Source of the DNA: Eledone cirrhosa
Lineage: Eukaryota
Assembly (NCBI GenBank): GCA_964016885.1
Contig: OZ024745.1
Location: forward strand, 119,226,001-119,290,000
Length of the DNA: 64,000 nucleotides
Direction of reading: 5' to 3'
In this document: in pieces, positions 27,102 through 40,824 of the stretch
Layout: the number at the start of each line of letters is the position of its first letter
How positions within the stretch are numbered: the first letter of the stretch is position 1
Position numbers and translations under genes: made by a program
The notes under the pieces: model-generated
The model's database searches: none
The model's input: the letters and a program-made list of their open reading frames with translations, nothing else
What the model was told of the DNA's origin: nothing

Positions 27102-27624
27102 CAGTGTACCCCCGCATATTCGCGGAATTTTCCTTAGAACCTAACTAATAATTGTTCGTGGAAACCACCGCATATTCGCTGAATCCTGAATATCTTCCGC
27201 GATCTTTTTATGGCTTTGGTTTGGCAGTATCGGTAGAGCGTCAGACACTATGCTGCAAAGAATAGTTATGGACCTTTGCGTTCTGAGTTAAAATCCACAG
27301 AGGTTAAGTTGCCTTTCATCCTTACGGGGTCGATAAAATAAAGTACCAGTGATGCACTGGGGTAATCGCTGGCCTTGTGCCAAAAGTAGAAATCTAATAT
27401 ATATTATTTTAACGGTAAATTATTAATAACAATATACCGTACTTGCCGACCTATTGGACACCCCTTCGCCTAAGACATTCCATCTTTTTTAAAATTATAT
27501 TTTACGTTATAATTTGACGTTTATAGGCATTTTTATGGACCACGTTCAATATTCATATTCGCGGCTTTTCACTCTTCGCGGATTCTCTAGGAACGTAACT
27601 CCCGCGAATACCGGGGGACAACTG
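27102..27624. mobile_element. Tigger/pogo-type MITE with a nested SINE (~27215-27400)
   Basis: TA|CAGTGTACCCCCGCATATTCGCGG ... CCGCGAATACCGGGGGACAACTG|TA. Related pieces at 40395-40647. Confidence 0.85.
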
Positions 27625-27871
27625 TACATAAATGAATCTGCATAAAATGTTAGCTTTTTGCTACTATGATTGTTTAAATGACAGGATTAAAGGTAAGATT
27701 TAAATAACAATGGCCCCTATTGTATTGTGATGTCTGTTTGCTGCTTTTTGAAATTTTAACAATGTCAAATTTACTAAAATATTAAAGATGAAATTTACTA
27801 AAATATTAACCAATCAAATACTGGCATATATTTAAACGGCTACACTCATTCTCCCTAAAGGTTTGACGTAG

Positions 27872-28001
<130 letters not shown>

Positions 28002-28544
28002 TACTTACAATAGAAGTCAAATATAAATTATGCACCAAACCTGACTCCTCAACAGTATATATATTATTAGTTATATTGGAAAGCAAGTTTAAAATAAACT
28101 AAACTGGGGTGTCATGAACTAAAATATATTACTTTCAAAGTACTTCCATTTAAAAAAAAAAATCAAATCCAGAAACACATTAGACAGGCACACACACACA
28201 CACACGCGCACACACATACACACACAACACACATATACCGTATACACTCAGGTAAACGTCGAATCTTTTACACAACTTTTTAAGGTTAAATTTCTGTTGT
28301 CAACTAATACACAGCTAGAATTTAAAGTACCGTATCAGCACCAGACGACATCTCTAAACAATGAACTACACTAATATTACTGATTCTATGCATCAAAACT
28401 GTCACATTCTAATAAATAACAAAATCCATAAACAAGGCCTCGTAGCTCTTATAAACAGCAAGTGTAAATACACTTGCTGTTTTATTCATATCTATCACAC
28501 TTAACAGACTAGCTTAGTGCAATCAATTTATATCTCATAATTGC

Positions 28545-31420
28545 TGTTATACATTGTCGTCTGCACATTCCAGCCGACTGATTTCACACCCACTAGTCCT
28601 AATACCACTTCTAACCCAGCTGCGCATATCAATCCTGTTCATGTAAATAATTGTTTCTACTTTAAGCACAAGGCCAGCAATTACCCCAGTGTATTACTGT
28701 TTTTTTATTTTATCGACTCCGCAAGTATGAAAGGCAAATTTAACCTCAGTGGGATTTGAACTTAGCCCGTAATGGGCCGTAACTCTACGCTGCAAAGCAT
28801 GGCGTGTGACCATCTACAGATACCACTTTCAACCCAGCTGCGCATGTTAATCCTGTTCATCTAAAAAATGAACAAGAGAGGTGACAGTACGTACCCTTGG
28901 CGGAGTCCGACTCTCACATTGAATGGTTTCGATTTAGCAGCATTTATCCAAACACAAATACATGGGCATTCGTATAGAGACATAAGAGCTGCAAGAAGCT
29001 GAACATCAATCCCATACTCCTGCACAACCTTCCACAGCAGGTCCCGAGTAATGTGGTTGTATGCCTTTTGGGGATATACAAAGCAAGAATACATCTCATG
29101 GTAGTACTCCTATGATTTCTCGAATATCTCTGCAGTATGACTATTTGGTGGGCTGTGCTGCGTGGGGCGAAAACCCCGCTGTTCATCAGCTAGCTTGGAC
29201 TCAACAATCTCCCTGCATCTTTTTGTCAGACACTTACCATATATTTTACAGGGGAGGCTTAACAAGGAGATCTCTCTGTAATTGGAACAATCTCTGTTGT
29301 CTCCCTTTTTGAAAATTGGCATTATCCTTCGCGATTGCCATTGCTTAGGTGCCTTTCCAGAGATCCTGGCTACTCGGCACACAGGTGTCAGCCAGAGAAT
29401 ACCTTCACTATTTAACGCTTTTAACATCTCGGGCTCAATTTCATCTTCCCCAACCGCCTTGCCATATTTGAGCTGCTTAATTGCTCTTGTGACCTCAGCC
29501 TGAGGGATTAGTCACCGCTCCCAGATGCATCTTATGTACATCCGAAGATGCTGTTGTGATCAAATTCAGGAGATCAGCAAAGTATTCTCTCCTCGCGAGG
29601 ATGCACCTCTCTGAAGAGTGGAGAACCCCAGATGTGTTTCTGATAGCAGGTATGAAGGAGGGCTTCTTATTATGAAGTCGGCAGATGATCTGTCAGAACA
29701 CTTTATTTGCTAATCTGAAGTCGGATTCCAGCTTAACTCCAAAGTCCTGCCATGTATTAACTTTAACTTTAGATGCCTTTAATGTCTCTGCTGCAATTTT
29801 TAATCCGTGCTTGTACCGCAAGTGCAAGAAGGAGGACTTATTTCTAAGCCACGCTTTGTAGGCCTTCTTCTTTACTCGGGTGGCATCTTTGACCACTTGA
29901 TTGAACCAAGGGGTCTTCCTGTATCTGGCGCCACACCAAGCTTCTTTTGATCACAGCATTTAACAGCTGAAGCAGAAACTGCTTAGTTAAAAAATCTCCA
30001 CTCTGTCTCCATGTCCTCAGTTTGCTCAATGAGTTTTCTGAATTTGGATGCAATAGTATCTGCATACCTGGTCCTGACTTTCTTATTCACCAATGCATCC
30101 CACTTTATCTTAAAGTCGCCCTGGTCCCGCCAGTTTTCTGGTCTTCTTTGACTTTAGTTAAACTCAAGTTGCAGATAACTAGATGGTTATCAGTTGACAG
30201 CTCAGCTTCTCTCTCAACATGAACATCCAGCACAGAATCGAAGAGATCAGAGACAATAACAAAATCAATTATTGATTTCTGTTCCTGATTCCCCTTATAC
30301 CATGTATATTTATTGATGTCTCTGTTCTGGAAAAGGTGTTCACAATAGAGAACCCATTGTTAGAAGAGAAGTCTAGTAAGGCCTCTCCATCCGTATTAAA
30401 ATCGGGTTCGCCATTCCTTCCACCACTCCTTTCCATGTCAGTTGGTCAGTACCAACATAAGCATTGAAGTCTCGCATCAGGATATATGACTCAGCCTTAA
30501 CTACATCTAACACTGCAGTGATTTCATCAAGGAGGGACGTGTATTCGGACTCCTTGTTTGATGCATAAACTTGCACCACCCACAGAGACTTATCTTTCAG
30601 CTTCCAGTCCATATCACATTCTGACAGCCGGGAGCTTGTGAGTATCCCCACTCCCACCTGTGCAGTCACACCTGAATAGTGGAATTTCCAGCCTCCATCC
30701 AAACTGTGTTAAGGAAACTTTGGCTATATCTAGCTGCTGGCATCTTGCCTCCTCCACTAGTTTATGCTCCTTATCTGTAAGGGTTGTAATGTTCCAGCTT
30801 CCAATTGTCAAGGTTTACTCCCTTCCAGACCCTCTTTGATATCTCGGGATACGCAATCATTTTGCGTCCATTCCACGTCTCTCAGGACAGGTCGCGTGCC
30901 TCTCGCCTTTTTTTTGTGACATGAAATGGAGACTGCAATATATTTTTGAACAGTCCCCTTTACCTAAGGCCTGAACGCATCTCTTGTTAAGGAGGATGCG
31001 CGAAGGATGATGTGGTATGGTTCTTTTTTATTTTCCTCACCATATTACAGTTGCAGTTTCGATGATCTTATTCCTGTCAGTTACGAATCTGGTATTCTTT
31101 AAAACCCGCGAAGACTAAGCTGTCTCAGTTGCCTAGTGATTGGTATTGGAGACGGTGGAGGTCTTAGTCTGGGGTTCAATCATGGTCAGGATATCAGAGA
31201 GATCTTAACTTTTCTCAGGTGGCGGATAGCGATATGGTCACAAAATACGATGGCTAGTTGAGATATAAGCGGATAACAGCCTTAAGAATAAGCAAGCCTG
31301 GATCAACAACAGTAAACAGGGGAGATGGAGCAATGGGTGACACCTGTAGATCCCAAGAAAACTCTCCCAAGCCTGTGACGTAGCTATGACCAGGCGAGTG
31401 AAGTCCGCCTCTAACTTAAG
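28545..31420 (-). pseudogene. Degenerate RTE LINE (APE endonuclease + RT), lacking its 3' end, with a SINE inserted at ~28650-28830
   Basis: IGSWNITTL, VQVYAS, DFNA (EN); PIFKKGD...NYREISLLS, GFRP, GLRQGYVLSPLLF, CADD (RT). Many stops and frameshifts. Confidence 0.92.
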
Positions 31421-31746
31421 GCTTTAAATACCAAAATTGATAAAACATGTACAAACACAAACACGACTGTTCACCACTATTTTGATGATTTTGGTATGTA
31501 CATTCTTTCTTCTAACTTTGATTTTGTACCTAATTATGTATGGTTAACTATATGTCTAGTCAATTTCTACAGGCTATCAGATAAATCGCAGATAAAAAGC
31601 CATCATTTATTTATCTATTATTTCTTCATAAGTATATTTTAAACTTATAGCCTCGTTTAAATGATTTTTTTGTATGGTTGATTATGCTGATTGGGAGAAG
31701 AAATACTGTATATATCTTATCTAATGAACCTATGGACTTACTTTCT

Positions 31747-31777
<31 letters not shown>

Positions 31778-31778
31778 T

Positions 31779-31811
<33 letters not shown>

Positions 31812-31958
31812 TATATATTTAAAGGTTAAACAAGGTTCAATGAATAAACCAAAGAATTAGTTTTACAATAGATGGAAGCACCCAACAGTACTGGTTTCCC
31901 GGAGTTATTAATATTAATTCAAAATATTAACAAAAATAGAACTTCTTGTGATCAAGTA

Positions 31959-32025
31959 TATTTTATTATACTTATTTCAGAGGTACTGAGCTAACTTCAA
32001 CAGTACGTCCTCATCAGATAAAATA
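31959..32025 (-). ncRNA. Minimal type I hammerhead (family A)
   Basis: UAUUUUAU-CUGAUGA-GGAC GUACUG..CAGUAC CUCU-GAAA-UAAGUA-UA/AUAAAAUA. Flanks are homologous to 5800-5965. Confidence 0.82.
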
Positions 32026-32091
32026 AGATGATGCATGACATACCCTGACATAGTAGATGGTTAAGATCCAGTCATGGTAGTCATATATATA

Positions 32092-32208
<117 letters not shown>

Positions 32209-32460
32209 ATATTATATATATATATATTATATATATATATATTATATATATATATATTATATATATATATTTTATATATATATATATTTTATATATATAT
32301 ATTATATATATATATATATTATATATATATATTTTATATATATATATATTTTATATATATATATTATATATATATATTATATATTATATTTATATATTAT
32401 ATATATATTATATATATATATATATTATATATATATATATTATATATATATATTATATAT

Positions 32461-32494
<34 letters not shown>

Positions 32495-32590
32495 ATTATA
32501 TATATATATTATATATATATATTATATATATATATATTATATATATATATATTATATATATATATTTTACATATATATATATATTATATA

Positions 32591-32646
<56 letters not shown>

Positions 32647-33289
32647 CGTGAGTGCATGTCATGTGCGGAAAACACATCACTCAAAGTTGCCATATTCTCA
32701 TGGATGTTCTTCTCATTTTTAGAACCGCTCGCTCTCGCTTATTCTTATTGACAAATTGCAGGAAAACGATAAAAGGATTACTCTCTCTCTCTCCGCCTCG
32801 CTCACACACACATACACACACGCTCACACATACACACATACATACACACAGACACACACACACACACACACACGCGCGCACCCTCACACAAACACATACA
32901 TATCTAATCATATACAGCAAGTTTATACAGTAAGTTGTAGATGACCTCTGCTATATGTGATGTAAGCAAAAAGTATACAGACGAACTTATAACAATAACA
33001 TTAAACCGGATGGATATGTGAATAAACAGATGGACAAGTATATGAAAACATAGAAGAAAATAACAAAATAACTGTCGACTGGATGCCTCACTGTTGGTAT
33101 AATGGTATAGGTGTTATTGCTTATTCTGTGAGCACTTTTGAGTTATGTAATACTTCAGAAAACGAACTCATATCTGTTCTCACCGATATAGAGGGAATCC
33201 GAAACAGGGGATCGCATAAGTTTTCCGCTGACAGAGATAAAACTATCTCTGTATGTTTCAAATTTGGTTTCTCCTTCGAAATTAAATAG

Positions 33290-34890
33290 GATAAATATCC
33301 CATAACTCCTTGTGGAGTCGTAGAGGCACTGTCATACGGTGGGTCTAGGGCACTTTTAAATCTGGCAGAGCCCAACTCTCTCCAGGTCTGAACACAGCCG
33401 ATTTTTTCTATAGAGGTAGAATCGACCCAGTATTGGACTGGTACATTTTTTTTTATCGAACTCGAAAGCAAAGTTGCTCGAAAAGCAAAGTTGACTACGG
33501 CGGGATTTGAACACAGAGCGCGCAATGTGGTGGGACGAATACCGTAAAGTATTCTATTCGACGTCTTAACGACTCTGCCATTTCGCCGCCTGAAACTAAA
33601 TTTGCCTCCGCAATCAGGCGATTTCCAACATCTGGTTCTCTCAACGAACCTATACTTTCATATTTCTTCCGCCTATTTGTCTATCTTCGATGGCTAGTTA
33701 GGTTGATGTGCTTGTATAAGTGTTCTGCTATTTTCATAAAGTATTTTTGTTTGGTGGATCCAGTATATGTGTCTTCACATATATAGGCTAGTTTTGATTG
33801 TTTCGGAGACACCTCACACACGTCCAATGTTTTCGCTTGCACACAAGTGTATGTAAGGACACAACATTTTATGCAGGAGTAGAGGTACCATAGTGACAAA
33901 CGGCGAGTCTTAGGCATATTAAACATGGCGGAGACTATCAACTCTCCAGGTTTGAACACAGCCGGTTTCTTTCAGAGAGGGTGAGGAAGTGAGAGGAAGT
34001 GTGAAATACTTAAAGAAGAAGAATCTGGTTCTTTTCTTATCGACCGCGATATGATGAAAGGCAAAGTTGACTTCGGCGAATTTTGAACTCAAAGCGCAAA
34101 ATACCCGGAAAGAGAACCGAAATTGCATTCTATCCGACGTTTACACAACCCTGGCGGCAATTCGTCACCTCCTATAACACATCAAAGGAAAATATATTCA
34201 CCTGGATCTTGCCGACAACTTACAACGCACAGCCATTATAGGCATATTGTTAAAATTAGTTAGGTTAAATGTCTTATTTGAAGAGTGAGTGTAAGATTTC
34301 ATGAGGTATTACCCTCCAGTAAATTTCATAAAAGTTGGCTGAGAGTGGCAAATTTAGTTAGATTAACTCACAACCACCTTTTATGAAATTTACTCGAGGG
34401 CAATACCTCCTTCTCTAATCCTACCCTCAATTTTCAAATGAGTCTTCAAGGAGTCGACGAAGAGTTGGCTTAAGAAGGCATGCTCTGAGTGGTGCTTTAT
34501 TTTATCAATCCGAGAAGAAAGAAAGACAAATTGAACGTATAAACAAAATTCTAAGCTAGCGTTGATCCGCCACAAGGCGGCGAATTGGCGTAGTCGTTAG
34601 AACGTCGGATAAAATGTTTTATAGTATTTTTTCTGGCTCTCTGCTCACGGAGTTCAAATCCCGGTGAGGTGAGCTTTGCCTTTCATCCTTTTGGGGTCTT
34701 TCTGGAGTCGATTGTTCCTCTATATCCTATTCTCATTGTTTCTCTCTCTCACGTTCTATCTTTCTCTGGAAGAAATCTGCTCTACTCAGGCCTGGAGATG
34801 GATGGGCTCCGCCAAGCCTAAAATGCACAAGAAACGCCGTATGTCATTGCGGTGCCCCTACGACTCTATCAGGACGTACTGGATCATATA
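33290..34890. mobile_element. Three SINE copies carrying an extended ~150-bp 3' module
   Basis: The module 'ggagtcgtag.ggcac...ggc.gag.c....ctccagg..tga..a.agc.g' adjoins SINE bodies at 33290-33590 (-), 33860-34170 (-) and 34575-34890 (+). Confidence 0.65.
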
Positions 34891-35874
34891 TAGATCAACT
34901 ACACGAAGACTAAGTCTTTAGTGGTAGTCGTACAACAAAATAGGTTACGTGAATCGTTAAATATATCTTTTGTATAGATGTTGGAAGACGAACAACGACG
35001 GTGAGGCTCATACATAGCGTCATACATAAAATATTACGTTATTCTATTATATACTTCATAGTGTAACTTTTATATCCATACATACTCGGTCATTTGTTTA
35101 ACGACTTCATCCATGCACACTATTGCTATTTGATTGGAGTGTTTAAGGTATATTGTCACCTTTTCTGTCAATGATGTTATCTTGAGAAGAGTTATGTGAA
35201 GATGTGACATTTGTAGTTTTAATTTAGAAAGTTTATTTCTTAAAATTAATGTTTCAGTATCTTAATTCTTCAAAGTATTAGTGTTTGAAAATTGATTAAT
35301 TCTTCAGCAATATTCGTGGCTTCTTCTCTCTTCTACGTCTTCAATTTGTCAAGAAGTAGTTAAACGTCCCTCATTATAATCGAATGTCTTGTAAAATGAA
35401 GGTCAAGTTAGCTAGGATGTTCTAGCTGAGGAATGTCCGAGAACAGGATATTTGTGTTACAATTGGAATATCTTTCATCATAGGTATCTTCGGTCTGGGC
35501 TAACCTGAGGTAATACACTCACAACTAAGCCAAATTCATAGAAAACACCGTGCTAAAGCTATTATTTTCCCACCTTTATTCCATAATATATACAGCACGT
35601 TATATTATAAAGGATGTCAAATGGCTGTTTACACAACGAATTTGTACAGGTGGTTTTGACCTCACCCAATGAAAGTATACCATCTTCTAGTCACTGTCAG
35701 ATTTCTGATGAGAAAATTCGAAACATTAATATCGACAATTAACAATTGCGATTAAATGAACTAATGGAACTACACAATTCGACCATTGAAAACTGCAACT
35801 ATTTCAAGTACCATCAACATACCAACACGTACCACTTCACTCCCGTTGGAAAATACTAATTTAAAGTAAGCTGT

Positions 35875-35952
35875 TGGGTCGTCAAATATGACATTTGTAG
35901 AAATTTGTAGAAAAAGAAAGAAATTTCTACAAAATTCATACTTGACGACCCA
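35875..35952. repeat. Small MITE-like palindrome
   Basis: tgggtcgtcaa.tatga...ttgtagaaattt / aaatttctacaa...tcata.ttgacgaccca. Confidence 0.7.
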
Positions 35953-36424
35953 CTATTTATGTTTCTCCCTTGTGCCAGTTTATTTCCTTATAAACAAGCA
36001 GCCTCTAATTAGAATGTTTCCCTTAAACTAGGAAGTTTATATGAATAAAAGCGCAATAAAAGTTCTTTACAGCTTGTATCTATTTGTTTCTCGTTTAACT
36101 TTAACTGTCTGTTTTCCTACTCAGTGTACATTAAATGTAGCAGCTTTATCAGAGAACTGCCTACAACAGCTCCGCCTTTCAACAACTTTGCTAGAGAGTT
36201 CTTTAATTTGTTTTCCTTATCTACTTTCCATCGTCAAATCGGTTTACCATCCAATCGTGCATGTATGAGTCTGTATGTATGATTGGCTGTATCTGCGAGT
36301 CAGTGTGTGTGAGTCTGTGTGTATTAGTCTGTATGTATGAGTCGCCCTATCTGCGAGTCTGTGTGTGTTAGTCTCTATGAGTGCAACTAATTGTGAGTCA
36401 CTGTTATACATCTGCTTGTCTGTC

Positions 36425-36460
<36 letters not shown>

Positions 36461-37122
36461 TGGGTGTGGGTGTGTGTGTGTTTGTGTGTGTGCGTGAGTC
36501 CATGTGAGTATCTGTACGCTATACTGTCTGTGTGTGTATGTTATATGTGAGTATATGTCTGTTAATGAGTACAAGTAGGTGTATGCTTGTGTATGTATGT
36601 CGGTGTAGATGCGGTTAGATCAGGAAGCAAGTGTATTTTAAGCGCATATTCGAAGTATCCTCTATATATTTGTATCCCCCCCCCCCTTCCCCCATCTACT
36701 TCGGTGATAACCATGAACATCTTTTGGTATATTTGGATGGCAGAAAGACGTTAGAGTGACAGATTCATTAGAGTGACAGATTCATTAGAGTAGACTTGTT
36801 CTAGCTTGCTGCGTTCTCAGTTTAAAAAGGCTGAAGCTAACTTTGTTGTATATCTTCCCGGGGTTGATTTCAATAGTGTACCAGCCTATGAGGCTTATAG
36901 CTATGTTCTTTAAATTCAAAGTTCAAATTCTATGTATAGCTACGTTAGGGGTCGCTAAGTACCAATCAAATATTGAGATTGATTTATGTGCACATACATA
37001 ATAGATATAGTCTTGTGCTATTGTAAGAAATGGTTATTATTATCAAAGCGAGTGGCACAGTCTGTAGAGGATCGGGCAAAATGTCTTGATGTATCTTTTT
37101 ACGACCCTTTATAATCTGATCT

Positions 37123-37368
37123 TCCTCAGTCAACGTAATCACCCTTTTCCTGCCTCAGTCGATGTAATCACCCCTTCCTTCCTCAGTCGATGTAATCACC
37201 CCTTCCTTCCTCAGTCGATATAATCACTCCTTCCTCAGTCGATGTAATCATCCCTTCCTTCCTCAGTCGATGTAATCACCCCTTCCTTCCTCAGTCGACG
37301 TAATCATCCCTTCCTTCCTCAGTCGATGTAATCACCCCTTCCTTCCTCAGTCGATATAATCACCCCTT
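37123..37368 (-). repeat. Inverted copy of the 28-bp minisatellite inserted into a SINE with a 16-bp direct repeat
   Basis: ctttataatctgatct at 37107-37122 and 37369-37384. Confidence 0.88.
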
Positions 37369-37565
37369 CTTTATAATCTGATCTCAAAACTCGTCATGAT
37401 CCTCTTTGCATCTTATCCTTACGGAGCTGCTGAAATAAGTACTAGGCAAGTACAGGTACAATATAATATACTATAAGGCTCACCTACATTTGAGACGTGC
37501 CTGTTCGTTGCAAATGATAGACAATTATAATAGCCTTGTGTATTTCTCCGTCACACACTAGAGAT

Positions 37566-38398
37566 GACTGAGGAAGGAAGGGTTGATTACATCGACTGAG
37601 GAAGGAAGGGATGATTATATCGATTGAGGAAGGAAGGGATGATTACGTCGACTGGGGAAGGAAGGGGTGATTATATCGACTGAGGAAGGAAGGGATGATT
37701 ACATCGACTGAGGAAGGAAGGGATGATTACATCGACTGAGGAAGGAAGGGATGATTACGTCGACTGAGGAAGGAAGGGGTGATTGCATCGACTGAGGAAG
37801 GAAGGGATGATTACGTCGACTGAGGAAGGAAGGGATGATTACGTCGACTGAGGAAGGAAGGGGTGATTACATCGACTGAGGAAGGAAGGGATGATTACGT
37901 CGACTGAGGAAGGAAGGGGTGATTACATCGACTGAGGAAGGAAGGGGTGATTATATCGACTGAGGAAGGAAGGGGTGATTATATCGACTGAGGAAGGAAG
38001 GGATGATTACGTCGACTGAGGAAGGAAGGGGTGATTACATCGACTGAGGAAGGAAGGGATGATTACGTCGACTGAGGAAGGAAGGGGTGATTACATCGAC
38101 TGAGGAAGGAAGGGATGATTACGTCGACTGAGGAAGGAAGGGGTGATTATATCGACTGAGGAAGGAAGGGATGATTACGTCGACTGAGGAAGGAAGGGAT
38201 GATTACATCGACTGAGGAAGGAAGGGATGATTACGTCGACTGAGGAAGGAAGGGGTGATTACATCGACTGAGGAAGGAAGGGATGATTACATCGACTGAG
38301 GAAGGAAGGGGTGATTATATCGACTGAGGAAGGAAGGGGTGATTACGTTGACTGAGGTAGGAAAAGGGTGATTACGTTGACTGAGGAAGGAGGGGGTG
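37566..38398 (+). repeat. 28-bp minisatellite, ~30 copies
   Basis: Unit gactgaggaaggaagg(g/a)gtgattacatc with minor variants. Confidence 0.97.
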
Positions 38399-38430
38399 AG
38401 AAAATATAGGAGTCCAACATTCTATCTTAC

Positions 38431-38459
38431 CTGTAATGTTATATTTTCGATAGCAAAAC
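38431..38459 (-). other. Candidate 29-nt micro-exon
   Basis: cctaacatttgacag|GTTTTGCTATCGAAAATATAACATTACAG|gtaagat, with a strong donor and a branch-like cctaac. Confidence 0.3.
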
Positions 38460-38579
38460 CTGTCAAATGTTAGGATAGGTACTTTACGGTGTTTTGTTAT
38501 GTGCCTTTATGTACTGAGCTCAAATCCCATCAAATTTGGTGTATATCGATATTTAAAAACAATTATTACTTTCAGCATT

Positions 38580-38770
38580 GGGTGGTTTGACAATATCGGT
38601 AGAGCGTCAGACACCATCCTTTGCAGCATAGAGCTATGGCCCTTTGTGTTCTGAGTTCAAATCCCGCCTAGGTTAACTTTGACTTTCATCCTTACAGAGT
38701 CGATAAAATAATGTACCAGTAATACACTGGGTAATTGCTGGCCTTGTGCCAAAAATAGAAACAATTATTA
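38580..38770 (+). mobile_element. SINE family 1
   Basis: Full-length match to the family. Other copies at ~25480-25670, 40215-40390 and 42685-43020 (two) on the minus strand, and 60715-60955 on the plus strand. Confidence 0.85.
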
Positions 38771-39420
38771 CTTTGAGCATTGTTTCAACTTTAATTATAC
38801 CTAATGTAGCACCCGAATAAACAACGGCACCTCTACGTGGTCAGTTGAACTGCTACAATTAGCCACCAATTTTATTTCATCGTATTGAACAGGAATGCCG
38901 TTTATCATAAATCTATTCAATCTGGGCCAAGCCGCAGCTAAACCATAACAATAGCAACACATATTCCATGGATACCTTGGTTGAGAATGTTGCAAGTCTT
39001 TCAACCAAGTCCCGATTCATTACCTATCTTCGTTTTACTCGCGGATGTTTATTCAGGCTGAACATCATCCACATTGATCTCCAATTTTGTGTATAATGGT
39101 GGCGTTTGTTAGAGGCTTTAAGGATCTACTCCCCGATCAACTGCATTTCCGACGATAAGAATTACAACAGGGTCTCTGTGTAACTCAATGCAGAAAAAAA
39201 TACCTCAAGGAAGCACAGCTTTTTTGTTGTTTTGTTTTGAATGTTTACACTTCCCGTAAACCACACACACACACATATACACACATACACGCACACATAT
39301 ATACATATGTGAAAGCAATGAGTGTTTTCGTCCGTGCATAATCAATAAATAAATGTCATCAATATTACTTGCTGATTCTTAATCGATTGCAATCTTCGTC
39401 TACAAAATTGTTCTCTGTGC

Positions 39421-39596
39421 CCTATATTACATAATCAGCGAGACATGAGTCCTATATTACATAATCAGAGAGACGTGTGTCCTATATTACATAACCAGCG
39501 AGACATGTGTCCTATATTACATAACCAGCGAGACATGTGCCCTAGATTACATAACCAGCGAGGCATGAGTCCTATATTACATAATCAGCGAGACAT
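39421..39596. repeat. 30-bp minisatellite, ~6 copies
   Basis: Unit cctatattacataatcagcgagacatgagt. Confidence 0.95.
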
Positions 39597-40645
39597 TTAG
39601 TTCTCACCTTAAGGCAGTATTTTTTCCTTAAACCTTCATGCCACAAACATGCATGCAGACATGCAGACATATCTACCTAGTTGATGTTGTGTAAATTCCA
39701 ATGAGAGAGGCTTGTGTCTATGTTAGAAAACGACTCTCTCTATTGGCAAAAAATGTGTAAAATTATAAAACCAGAAGAATATACATACATCCATACAAGT
39801 TCTGGCAACATAAATTTCATTGCAAATATCTGTGGGATGCGGTACTTAGATGTTATTACAGGAGATAACATAGATTTCAGTCCGACCACCGATGTTGGTT
39901 TAAAAAAAAAATCTGTTTAATGATCAGTTAGCGATATTGTGCATCGCCTATTGAAAACGTTCGATAAAAACGATTATTATTCTACTGATTAGCAGGAATA
40001 ATTAGCTACCGATATAAAGTTGATTAATTATATTTACACCCTGTTACACCAACAGGTCAGTAACTATTTAGTAATACTATTGAAATAATCAAGTATATAA
40101 GTAAGTTTTCTATAACAAATACTAAGTGAAACTCCATTCAAATAATTATTTACTTTCGACGGAATTCATTCATTGCGTTTTTCACGCTTCTTTTAGTATA
40201 TTTAGATAATAGTCAGCAATTTTGTGGGAGAGGAAAGTCGATTTAATCGAACCAGTACGTGACTGGTACTTTATTTTATCGACCCCGTAAGGATGAAAGG
40301 TAATGTTAACCTCGGTGGGATTTGAACTCAGATCATAAAGGGCCGTAACTCTATGCTACAAAGTATAGCGTTCGACCCTCTACCGATTGTGTCCCGTGCT
40401 CTAGGAACGTAATCCCCACGAAGTGGATGTGGTCCATAAAAGTGCCTATGAATCTCAAAATCTAAAATAAAATATAGGCCCGCAAATACTGTATATTCTT
40501 ATTAATCATTTAGCATTAAAAAGCGTGAAAAAATATATATTGCCACGAAAAAAGCCATAATAAAAATCGCACAAGATATTTACGATTCCGCGAATATGCG
40601 GTGGTTTCCACGAACAATTATTAGTTAGGTTCTAAGGAAAATTCC

Positions 40646-40682
<37 letters not shown>

Positions 40683-40683
<1 letters not shown>

Positions 40684-40824
40684 TATAACCTAATGTTGAA
40701 GGGCAAGTATATTACAGTGTACCCCGACATTCGTGGTCTCGGTTATTAGTTAGGTTCTAAGGAGAATTCCGCGAATAACCGGGAGTACACTGTAATATCC
40801 TTGCCCTTCTACATTAAGTTATAC
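40683..40824. mobile_element. 78-bp Tigger-type mini-MITE (40715-40792, TA TSD) nested at the centre of a palindrome
   Basis: TA|CAGTGTACCCCG...CGGGAGTACACTG|TA sits inside gtataacctaatgttgaagggcaag / cttgcccttctacattaagttatac. Confidence 0.8.

Noticed and set aside
38801-39200. Minus-strand ORFs, one resembling a signal peptide (MEYVLLLLWFSCGLAQ)
   Set aside because: They are short, stop immediately and show no recognisable homology.
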